Below are positions 40,942-50,978 of a stretch of DNA of 64,000 nucleotides, piece by piece (the stretch's first letter is position 1; every line of letters begins with the position of its first letter). Origin of the DNA: Neophaeotheca triangularis (Eukaryota). The notes beneath the pieces are model-generated. The model saw only the letters and a program-made list of their open reading frames with translations, was not told the DNA's origin and made no database searches. The stretch spans positions 310,001 to 374,000 of the forward strand of contig BAAIJX010000005.1 of assembly GCA_054600435.1 (NCBI GenBank), written 5' to 3'. The translations under genes were made by a program, and so were the position numbers.

Positions 40942-42531
40942 TTAATTCCTCCAAATTCTAACCGCCTTATCCTGACCCCCACTCCCCACCCTCTCGCCAT
41001 CGGGACTCCAGTCAACGGCAAAAACTTCATCCTTATGCCCGGGCAAATTCTCCGCCAGCTTCCCCGTCCTTACATCCCAAGCCTTGAGCGTCGTGTCCTT
41101 GCTGCCAGAAACCAACAACCGGCTATCGGGGCTGAAGCAACACATGTAAACCGCGCCGACATGTCCGCGCAGCGTGTGCAAGAACTTGCCGTCGCTCGCG
41201 TTCCAGAGTTTGATGTGGTTGTCGAAACCGGCCGAGGCGATCAGGTGGCCTGAGGGCGAGAAGGTTACGTGGTTGACTTGTTTTTGGTGGCCGAGGAGAC
41301 GGGTCAATGGGTTGGGAGTGCTGCCTGTATTTGAGGAGGAGAGGGAGGGCCAGAGGTACATGGTGCAGTCGTCCGAGGCGGAGACGAGGCGTTCTTGGCC
41401 GCTGGCGGCGCCGGCGGAGAGGGCGGCTTCGTAGCGTTGGCGGGCTTTGGCGCGGCGGTCTTCAGGGGTTGAAGGGGCCGCGGAGGCGCCTTGGTGGTCG
41501 TAGTAGCCGGTTCGGAGCGCTGTGTCGGTGCTGAGGGCGAGGTGATTGACCCAGTGGGCGTGCGCGGTGAGGGTGTGGAGGAGCGTGCCTTTGGAGGGGT
41601 CCCAGACTTTGATCGTCTTGTCGTGCGAGGCGGTGTAGATTACGCCTGAAGGGAGTGCGGTTGTGTCTAGGCCGCCACCGCCCCATTTCACGCAGGAGAC
41701 GTTGCCTTTGTGGCCGGTGAGCGCCATGTCGGTGTGGCCCGATACGGCGTCCCAGATCCGCACTGTGAAGTCGCGACTACTGGATGCCACTCTCGGCCGT
41801 CCCGGCTGCCTCAAATGGAAAGGTTCCCAGGCTAGAGATGTAATCCACTTGGTGTGACCTTTAAGAGCATTGCCCAAAGGCTTCCCAGTCGCCGGATCCC
41901 AAAGCCTAACCGTGTTATCCATACTCCCAGTCGCAAGTATCCCATTATCAGGCGACCACGCCACAGCCAACACCCACCCGGTATGCCCCTTTAAAGTATG
42001 CATCGGGGTGCCGGTATCGCAATCCCAGATCCTCGCAGTCTTATCCCCACTCCCCGTCGCCAGCCGATTCGAGCTCGCAGGCGAAAACGCCGCGACTAGA
42101 ATGCTCTCGCCATGCCCGCTCACGCTCGCCGAGCACCTCGTCACCGCCTTGACTTTGAAAACCGCTTCCGCTCTGCAGGGAATATCCAGCTGCAACTCGG
42201 TCGTCGTCTTGCCATCCACGTACGCTTTCACGACCGCATCCTGGCTGAATTCTCCTGTGTCGCCGAAAGGGTTGTAGAATCTGTACGGCACGCGGTCGGA
42301 GGGGTCTTCGTGGCCCAGGAGACTGTTGAGGAGGAGCGAAAGATTTTTCGGTGTCAGGTCGGAGAGCGAGACGCTGACGACGGGACCATGGGGGGCGCCG
42401 GTGTCTGCGTCTCGGAATTGGATGCGTTGGATGCCCTCTGGTGGCGGTGTTGGAGGTTGGAAGGGTTCGGCTGCTTTTGCTTCGGCCTCGCGTTTTTGCC
42501 GCTTGGACGGCGGTGGAAGTACGGTCGTCAT
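40942..42531 (-). CDS. RSA4: Ribosome assembly protein Rsa4/Notchless (NLE/UBL + WD40)
   Basis: Motifs TVLPPPSKRQK, AVFKVKAVTRCS, HAHWVNHLALSTD, GHQKQVNHVTFSP, LPGHKDEVFAVDWSPDG and DKAVRIWRN. Confidence 0.95.
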   Translation of the reverse strand: MTTVLPPPSKRQKREAEAKAAEPFQPPTPPPEGIQRIQFRDADTGAPHGPVVSVSLSDLTPKNLSLLLNSLLGHEDPSDRVPYRFYNPFGDTGEFSQDAVVKAYVDGKTTTELQLDIPCRAEAVFKVKAVTRCSASVSGHGESILVAAFSPASSNRLATGSGDKTARIWDCDTGTPMHTLKGHTGWVLAVAWSPDNGILATGSMDNTVRLWDPATGKPLGNALKGHTKWITSLAWEPFHLRQPGRPRVASSSRDFTVRIWDAVSGHTDMALTGHKGNVSCVKWGGGGLDTTALPSGVIYTASHDKTIKVWDPSKGTLLHTLTAHAHWVNHLALSTDTALRTGYYDHQGASAAPSTPEDRRAKARQRYEAALSAGAASGQERLVSASDDCTMYLWPSLSSSNTGSTPNPLTRLLGHQKQVNHVTFSPSGHLIASAGFDNHIKLWNASDGKFLHTLRGHVGAVYMCCFSPDSRLLVSGSKDTTLKAWDVRTGKLAENLPGHKDEVFAVDWSPDGERVGSGGQDKAVRIWRN

Positions 42532-42847
42532 ATTTGTTCGAGAACGATGTTGTTTGGTTGGTCTCTCAATCTATTCTCGATAGCTCATCAACCGCTGTCG
42601 CGATAAATTATTCCTGAGACTCATAGCGATAAGAGATTCTGCCGATTTTCTTATCTTTCACCGCTCAGACCGATAAAGAGAGAGTGGCACGGGTGGCACT
42701 ATTCTTTGTCCAGGATACTACCTATGAAACGTTCTTCTCCTGAACCATGGAATCACACAACCGGACTGTACAATCCCTGGCTAACCCAAACATACTCAGT
42801 GAGTAATGCGATCAGATCTACGCATGTAAAAAGCACTACTTCACCCC

Positions 42848-44332
42848 TCACTGAACACTCCTATTAATTTGCACCCTCTGATCCTCACCACCACTCACGA
42901 TCCCCACATCCCGATCCCAGCACACGCCCATCACTTTCACGCCCTCACCGGCCGCACTCTTCGCCTTCTCCTTTGCACTCTCCCGTTCAATCACATAAAC
43001 ACTATCGCCCACCCTCTCAGCACCAAGCTCGTTACGGACAGACCGAATGTCCCAAATCCTACAAGTCCCATCGTGACTCCCGGAAAGCAGCTGATACCCG
43101 GAGCTGGGATCGCGAGCGAGCGACACAACAGCGTTGGTGTGGCCGCGCAGAGTCATGGCCGACACGGTGGCGGCCGAAGCCCGCGGGTCGATGAGCGTGA
43201 TGTGTCTGTTCACTGTGCCGGTGGCTAGGAGCGAGACGGAAGGGAGGTGGCAGAGAGAGAAGAGGGATTGCGCTGTTGTGCGCGTGTCGACGCATTGAGA
43301 CGTCGTCAGGTCCCAGGTTTTGACCGTGTGGTCCCAGGAGCTGCTGTAGGCTACTGTGGCGTCTTTTTCGTCGAAGATGGCTTCGGAGACTGGGGCGCTG
43401 TGGCCGCGGAGTGTGCTGAGCGCGCCGCGTTGGGGGACGGCTTTACCAGGGTTGCTAATTTTGCGGCGCTTATTGCTGCTGCTGCTAGAGGGGAGGAGTT
43501 CTTCAGGCGCTGCTGGTGCGTCGGCTTTTTTGGGTGACCAGAGTCCGATTGTGCTGTCCGAGGAGGCGGTAAGGATGCGGGAGGAGGGTGTGTGAACGGA
43601 GAGCTTGTCGATCGAGGCTGTGTGGCCGTAGAGCTCGAGTGCTGGGTTCAGAGAGCCTTGGCCGACTTCTGCATCGCTGAAGTTCCATAACCTTACGCAT
43701 CTGTCGACACCGGCAGAGGCGATTTGGGTGGGGCTGAGGAATTTGGCGGTCTTGACAGCGGAAGTCTGCGCTTGGCCTGTGGCAACGACTTCGGAGCTCA
43801 GGTTCCATACTCTGAGGGCGCCGTCGTAGCTGCTCGACAGGATGCGTTGATTGTTGGTGCCCTCCTTGGACCATTTGGATGCATTGGAGGAAGGAGAGAG
43901 GACGTCCACGGAGGAAACCCAGTCTTCGTGCTCGAAGCTGGTCGAGTAAAGTGGTGGAATCAGAGCCTTGACGTATTCAACAGACAGGGTGGTTTCAGCG
44001 CTGATGCCGTTCTGCGTAAGAAACTCGTCGAGTGATGTGCGTAGAAATTGGCCGTTGATGAGGAATTCTAGCGGTATAGGCTTCTCCGTGTCAAGAAGTC
44101 GATTGACTAGGGTAGAGAGCTGGTATCGTTTGGCCTCTGTAGGGGGGAGTGAGTACTAGACACACGAAGAAACAAAGACGCTAGCATGTCTGCCAGTAGG
44201 GTACATCTTACCGGTTGGGACAAGGATGGAGCCAACATCTTGTGGAAGTTCAATGTCTTGATTGGTAGTGGTAAGGTGTATCCGCACTTGCGAGGTGCGG
44301 CCTTCGCTGGTGGTAGCGACCTCTGTAGCCAT
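42848..44332 (-). CDS. YTM1: Ribosome biogenesis protein Ytm1/WDR12 (UBL + WD40)
   Basis: Intron 44211-44137 joins ILVPT|EAKRYQLSTLVNRLL. Also EFLINGQFLRTSLDEFL, EYVKALIPP, HEDWVSSVD, SSSWDHTVKTWDL and RHITLIDPRASA. Confidence 0.93.
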
Positions 44333-45339
44333 ATGGGTTTGGCTTGCACTGTGTGTCTAGGTAGCGACTGGCAGAGCTGGACGAGGCGTAAAAAGTTGCC
44401 AGCGGAAGCTTGTGAAGAGGAAAGATCCTTCAGGGCGATTAACGGATGACGGCGACGGCGAGTGGTGGACTGGAACAGTTTCAAAGGCTTCGAAGGTTCC
44501 GGTAGCACTTGCAGTGTAACATACAGTTAGTTAGTTGTTGGTATGGCTATAGGAATGCTAATCTGAGCACCTGCGGAGAGACGATTTGAACATTTTCTCC
44601 AACTTCACTGCCCTGCCCAAGCCTGCCCTGCCCTTCAAAAGTCCTTCTTTCCTAATGCGGAACTAGCGCGTGGATGTACCCGAGACGGCGGCCACCACAC
44701 CCATTCTGCCTCTTATCATAAGGTAAGCAAGCTATACATGTAAGTTACTAGTAAGTAACGTAACGTGCACCTTGAGTACGATGTAAGCGATACCGATGTC
44801 TTCCGATACCTACACAAACCTCACTCACTCTCTACCTCCTACAGGCCGGGAGAGTGATAAGGTACCTTACCTACCTACCATTAATATTTAGCCAGCTACC
44901 GGTAGCCAGCACCAGCCCCGAGCAAGCCGAAGAGAACAGCTGCAGCTTCTCTCAGCTTGCGGCGTTTTGTTCTCAGCTTCCCTTCTCCTTTTCCAAGCAT
45001 GTGAAAATGCAATGCTTCGGATTGTCTTCGTGCGTGGTGACTTGACATGCAACCTGCTCGACGACCCACCAAGCCTTCTCCCCTCTTCTCAACGTCCTCT
45101 CACCTCGACCTCGACCTCCTCCTTCTTTTTGCTCTCTTCTTGATCCTCACAAAACTTCAAACTGCCATCGTCGCTTTGTCCCGCTTTGTTCCGTCGAAAC
45201 GCCGCAGAATACCCCGAGCATTGACCAGGAACGAACAACTCCTTTGTCACAAGACGCCCGTAGCATATATCCGTCACCTCCGCCGCAGTCAGCACACCCT
45301 CCTCAACCACCAGCAGGCCACCGTCTGGCAAACAGCAAC

Positions 45340-46494
45340 ATGAGCCACCCGGCCTCACACGAAGACAATGGCGGCGCATCCCTCAAACCGCAACCCCGAC
45401 CCCGTCGACCCTTCGAGCTGGGCTCCTATAGCACGCCCTCGTCCGCACCCTCCACACCACCTGCCGAGCCCTCATCAGGCGGACTCCAAGCTCCCGACAA
45501 CTATGTAGACGGCGCCACCACCCCGGCCAAAACCAAAAGCATTTTAAACCTCACCAGCTCCACCCTTCTCGGCATCTACAGCCCCACCGGCTACGCAGCC
45601 GACAGAGACGAACCTAGCACACCCTGGGGCACTGGCGCCGAAACCCCCGTTGACTCCCGTACCGGCTCCATGGACGTCTCGCGTACAGACATCCCTAACA
45701 CGGTCTTACAAAAGGGGCCCAACGGCACGCACAGAAGGAGACGGAGTACAATCACCCCGCAGAGCTTCGCGCACCACAAACCCCGACGCGGTTTCAAAGG
45801 CTACTTCCTTCCCCTCGCCGGCCGCACGATCTCGCTCTTCGCAATCGGCATGCTGTACGGCCTGCTCGTCAGCCACTTGCACGACAAGCGCGACATGGCG
45901 CCCGTCAAAGTCGAGGGCATCGACCGCTCGAGCTGGCTGTACATGGCTTTCTGGGGCGTGGCGGGCGTGGCGCTCGGGCAGGCACTGCCGTGGATCGACT
46001 GCTTCTGGGCGGCGGAGGAAGACGGTGAGTGGGAAGCTGTCGAGGACCGCGAGAAGAGCAGCAGCAATGTAAGGGGTACAGGAGGTTGGAACGACGTGGT
46101 CAGGAGCGTGGGAGCTTTCGTCGGCATCGCTTTCGCTATCCGCAAGCTGCCCTGGCAATCTACGCTGCAATTATCCTTGACGCTGGCGCTCGCCAACCCA
46201 GCCGTATGGTACCTCATTGACAGATCACCCCCGGGGTTCTTGCTCTCAGCCACCGTAGCTCTCAGCGGAACGGCGCTGCTGCTGGGCATCAACCCGGCTT
46301 TAGTGCCCTCGCCCGGCCCAGCAGAAGCGATGCGCGGTCACATCGGGGGCACGCAATTGGGAAGCGAGGAGCTAGTCTTCGGGCTTTTCAGCCACGAGTC
46401 CGTGGGCGTCGCGACGTGGATTGCGAGCGTGCTGTTCGTGAGCTCGGTGTGCTTTGGCAATATCGGGAGGAGATTGGCGCCGCAGAAGAGCTGA
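45340..46494 (+). CDS. INSIG/Nsg family sterol-regulatory membrane protein
   Basis: Motifs SILNLTSSTLLGIY, VRSVGAFVGIAFAIRKLPWQSTLQ, LANPAVWYLIDRS and WIASVLFVSSVCFGNIGRRL. First ATG is at 45340. Confidence 0.88.
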   Translation: MSHPASHEDNGGASLKPQPRPRRPFELGSYSTPSSAPSTPPAEPSSGGLQAPDNYVDGATTPAKTKSILNLTSSTLLGIYSPTGYAADRDEPSTPWGTGAETPVDSRTGSMDVSRTDIPNTVLQKGPNGTHRRRRSTITPQSFAHHKPRRGFKGYFLPLAGRTISLFAIGMLYGLLVSHLHDKRDMAPVKVEGIDRSSWLYMAFWGVAGVALGQALPWIDCFWAAEEDGEWEAVEDREKSSSNVRGTGGWNDVVRSVGAFVGIAFAIRKLPWQSTLQLSLTLALANPAVWYLIDRSPPGFLLSATVALSGTALLLGINPALVPSPGPAEAMRGHIGGTQLGSEELVFGLFSHESVGVATWIASVLFVSSVCFGNIGRRLAPQKS

Positions 46495-47208
46495 TGGCTG
46501 GAGTATATAGATTGGCTATGGTATTCATATCGATACTACGGCCGCTGACATGGCGGATGCAATTTGGTCCAGACCTCTCTCTCTGCCCGGAGAAGCTGCT
46601 TGCCACGAAACTCTCACCCTTGCACCCCATGATGAAGCGCCCCGAGCCGGCCGGTTGATACATGTTGGGAATCACTGTGCAATACCCCGTCGATACATGT
46701 TGTCCACGCCATCTCCCGGGCTTCTGCCACGCTGTCGCCCGTTGTAGTATTATACAACATGACCGACAAAAAGTGCCTACCCCTCTCCCACCAAGGCTTA
46801 CGGCTACAGTATCGACCGCGAGTTGAAAAGCCACCGCCGAGAGAACGAAGTACTCGAGGCAACCAGGTTGAATACAAGCGTCCCCAGCAGATACCTGTCT
46901 CTCTTGATGTGAAACCTACCTGTGTCCACAGGGGAGCCCTTGGACTTGTAATGGTTGGCTTAGCTCAGTCGCTAAGAGGTGAGAAGGCACAAGCATGGCC
47001 GAGAGGCTGGAATCCAGGCAACAGACCGATCGTTGCCTTTTCCGGTTTACCTCATTCTTCAGTCTCGAAGACAATTGTCCCTGTAGTGCAATACAAGAAC
47101 GAGAAAATTTGAGCCGGAAACCAAAAGATAATCAGCCCAAAGTGAGATATGATGCTCAATCGACAGCTCAAGCACACACGCTGAAGAGTCGGAAGAAACA
47201 CAAAAAAG

Positions 47209-47215
47209 AAAAAAA
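47209..47215 (-). terminator. Pol III poly(T) terminator of the tRNA-Val gene
   Basis: T7 run on the minus strand about 15 nt after the discriminator base, followed by a T6 run. Confidence 0.75.
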
Positions 47216-47229
47216 GAGAAGTATCATCG

Positions 47230-47402
47230 TGATTTCCGGCGGGTTCGAACCGCCGACCTTCTGCGCCCACATTGCTGCTTTGGAATCGCGGCTTGATATG
47301 TTAGGCAGACGTGATAACCAACTACTGTGGCGATTTGTTAGTTAACTGTGAGACTTAAGTTTGTATGAGGGTGGTTGGGAGAGTACGAACCACCAGGAAA
47401 CC
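47230..47402 (-). tRNA. tRNA-Val(AAC) interrupted by two introns (33-nt canonical anticodon-loop intron; 66-nt spliceosomal-type D-stem intron)
   Basis: Joining 47402-47391, 47324-47299 and 47265-47230 gives a 74-nt cloverleaf: GGTTTCC TG GTGT AGTTGGTTA TCAC G TCTGC CTAACAC GCAGA AGGTC GGCGG TTCGAAC CCGCC GGAAATC A. Anticodon AAC is at 47302-47300. Confidence 0.9.
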
Positions 47403-47727
47403 CGTGTCGCAACTTGAGATGTGTTGCATGAAGACCCAGGGGGTGCCAGATTGTATATGTTGATCAAAAAACAATTGTGCCGAGATCTGGCCGTGGGTTG
47501 TGGAGACGTTCAAAACGTGCCTTTCGTGGGATGGGTTTGAACAGGGGTGGGGATGTCAGGCTCTGACAATAATGTGTTGGTTCTTCTTTCCTTGTCGCTG
47601 CAGTGGGTGGTTCCTTTTTTTCCCGTTGCCGTTGTCCCTCGCATTCCAGTCGCTGTGCTAGCACATCCCTTTCAAGCTTTGCGAGATGGAGCGATGCATT
47701 TTTCCACGTAGCAATAGCAGTGAGAAT

Positions 47728-47960
47728 GTTTGGAGATGTGAGGTAAGGAATGAAACAGAAGTGAGAGCGATGGTGAAAAAAGAGTTAACGTTGGTATTGA
47801 GGTATGGGTAGAGTAAAAGTGAGAGGAAGAATAGCGTGAGGGCTAAAGTTGAGGTTGGGGTACATGTAGAGCCAAAGTGGTAGCAACAATGAGACAGGGG
47901 TTGTTCAAGTTGGCATTGAGGTACGGGTAGAGTTGATTGTTGGAAGAGAAGAGGCAGAGA
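47728..47960. repeat. Degenerate ~60-bp tandem repeat (3-4 units)
   Basis: gttggtattgaggtatgggtagagt (47790) and gttggcattgaggtacgggtagagt (47909), with more diverged units at 47848 and 47728. Confidence 0.55.
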
Positions 47961-48128
47961 AAAAGCACTCTACTCCGCTCCCACGGTAAGCTCATTCACC
48001 CAGTCCTCTTTCAGGATATCTACCCCAGGAACCAGTGAGAAGGCGTAGAGTAGTATCGTGGTTCATCTTGGCTCTGTTGATACCATGAGATTAAAGCACG
48101 TCGTCGTCGAAGCATGGTATTCACGACC

Positions 48129-49160
48129 TCAGCTAAGCATCACAATGGCTATGTGCAAGAAGCCGTCGCTGTAACTCGCAGCTCTACCCAGTTCGGCCAA
48201 ATTGGCAGCCATAGGTACCCCAGCTCCATGCAACACGGGTGTAGCAAGAAGAGGGTTCCTTCGACTGGGAAAAAGAGGTCGAAGGGTGTCGTTCAACGCC
48301 GTGCCCAGCGTTTGGGGTTGTTTCGAGGGAAGATTCAGCGGAACCAGGGATTGCACGACTCGAATGTGACCAGCCGTCGGGGCGCTTTCGGCCGCTGTAT
48401 CGGAGGCCGCTTGGTTGGAGGCACTCGGGAGGTAGATTTTCAAGGGCACGTGGCGAAGCTGGACTCCTGGGGGGTTGAGCAATTTGTTGTTGATGGAGTT
48501 GAATAGCTTCATGTCGTCTTTGCTTGTATTAGTAACGAATAGGTGTTCACATAGGGGCTGCTAGATGAGGAGAATAGTCTCACGTTCAACAATTGACCGC
48601 CACAAGCTATCGGAATCCTCTTTGCTCATTGACATGATAGTCTTGGCATTTCCGTTTCGGATGAAGTCGGCCTCCTTGACGCTGTTGATGTACGAATCGA
48701 GCATGGTTCTTCCTTCAGGATCAAGTTGCACAAGGACATCGTTGGGGAATTCGGTGTAGTGAACCGTAAGCCTAAAGGGCAGCTGCTCAATTTCTTTGCC
48801 ATCCTTCTCGATAGGTTTCGCTCGTCCTAGTGCCTCAACTTCCTCAGCGCTCACGAGCTCAGCTCCAGACAGCAGGTCGTAGAGCAGACCGACTGGATAG
48901 TGCCACTTTAGAGGTATGTCTTCGAACGAAAGCCAGGCATCGTACGGTGAAGCTTCCGGATCGATTAGGGAGGCCTTGAAGAAGGCATGCAATTTCGGTA
49001 AAAGGAAGGAAAGATAAGACAATCGCGGATACTGGATCAGGTATGCTTCTGATTCATCATATGTCCGGCAGTCTGAAGGTGATAAGCGTATTTCCAAAGG
49101 CAGCGAACCATCCCATATCTTGGCCTGTAGCGTCGAAATGGCCGCGGGTGAGGCTGACAT
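48129..49160 (-). CDS. ATG5: Autophagy protein Atg5
   Basis: Motifs IWDGSLPLEI, PRLSYL, PLKWHYPVGLLYDL and YINSVKEADFIRNG. Intron 48583-48518, then LRHVPLKIYLP, QTLGTAL and DGFLHI. Confidence 0.95.
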
Positions 49161-49424
49161 TACCGCGGGTAATGGGTATTGTCTTCTAAGTACATCGATG
49201 CCGGGGTCATAGAGAGAGGAGGAGGCATCATGTTTCCAAGGTTGGAGTGAGGTTACAGTGAGACCGATTGCGTGAAGGTCGTCGCCAGCAGCGTGGAAAC
49301 AAATGGCCTGAGGCAGGAACGGCGGTTAGCGCGTAAAGTGGCAGCTTGCCGACGTCGCGTCGCCGGAGAAGCTGTACGCGTTTCTCACAAACATCGCAAA
49401 AAGAAAGCCATACGAGCAGATACG

Positions 49425-50978
49425 ATGGCAATCACCGACAATGGAGGAGATGGTGTTCTACTGTCGAATCCAAGGTGGGTGCGAATTCACAACCAAATCT
49501 AGTATGCGCCGCTAACAACGCTCAGCAACGACGGTCATGAGCTACTCGAGCGAACACCTTCAGCCTACAACCCGTTAACGACATTTCTGCTACCGAGAGG
49601 CGAAAGCAGGCATTATCAGCAACAGTATGCCGACATGTACTTTGCGCGGCTCGCGCAGCTGAAGCCTGCCGCAGAGAGCATAGCGAGCGAAGCCTTCCAG
49701 GATCTAGACATTGGCGGAGACTCCCCACATCATGTCGACAGAGTGCTGGATGTGCGGCAAGGGGAGCTATGCTGGGTGATTGGTACAATTTACATGGAGA
49801 TGCCGTTGAAACCGAACATTCTGGACGACATAGGAAAAGAGCATTGGATCGCAGCTCCACCGCAGAGAGAGAAATTCACCAGTGAGGGCGATGTGGATCA
49901 AATCATGCTGGAGGACGAGTCCGGTCGTCTGAGGCTTACTGGGAATGTTCTGAAGTCGTTTCTGCTAGTCACGGGTTGTATCGTTGCCGTGATTGGCACG
50001 GAGAATGCAGATGGTGATTTCGAAGTCTTGGATATAAGAGTCCCGGATCTCCCGCGCCAACCGCAGAGGTGGGAGCGCGACGACGGGGACGCAGCCACCA
50101 AAGGAAAAAGCACTACGAAGATGCACGGCGAAGGTGGCAAGGTAGCCTTGATGTCAGGACTCAGCATCAGCGGTGATGCTGGCGACACTTTGACCCTCGA
50201 CCTCTTGATGGAGTATCTTCTGGGCGAATCCACCTCACCTTCGGACCAAGCTACAGCTGCTACTATATCTCGCCTGATCATCGCGGGCAACGCTCTCGAG
50301 CACGCCTCACCTATCCCTTCCAGAGACGACATGGCAGCTGCAGCGAAGAAGTCAAAGAAGACCTACGGTTACGACAGCGCAGCCTACAACGCAGCACCCA
50401 CCGAACGTCTCGATACCTGGCTGGCAAATCTCCTACCCTCGATGCCAATTACTCTGATCCCTGGCGCACACGACCCAACCTCTGTCCAACTCCCACAACA
50501 ACCCATCCACCCAGCCATGTTTCCTCACTGCCGTTCATACATCGAGCCTCCTGACAGCAAAACGCAAAGCTGGTTCGACAATGCCACCAATCCATTCGAG
50601 GCCGACATCGACGGCTACCGTCTTCTCGGCACCGGCGGCCAGACCGTCGACGACGTCTTCAAATACGTCCAGGGCGATGAGCGACTCGAGATGATGGAGG
50701 CCATGATGCGCTGGCGTCTTACGGCCCCAACGGCCCCGGACACCCTATGGTGCTATCCTTTCCAGGATGGCGATGCATTTGTGATGAAGGAGAGCCCGCA
50801 TGTGTATTTCGTGGGCAACCAGCCGAAATTCGAGACAAGACTTATCGGGGGTCCCGTAGGCCAGACGATTCGTTTGATCGCTGTCCCGAAATTCAGAGAG
50901 ACTGGCGAGATCGTGCTGCTGGATATGGAGACTTTAGAGCCTGAGATTGTCAAGTTTCAGCTTTTCGAAGGCGAGTGA
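49425..50978 (+). CDS. POL31: DNA polymerase delta small (B) subunit
   Basis: Intron 49475-49525. Motifs QQYADMYFARL, MLEDESGRLRL, LPQQPIHPAMF, APTAPDTLWCYP and PHVYFVGNQPKF. Confidence 0.95.

Noticed and set aside
47728..47960. CRISPR-like array
   Set aside because: Eukaryotic context, degenerate non-palindromic units, related spacers and no cas genes.
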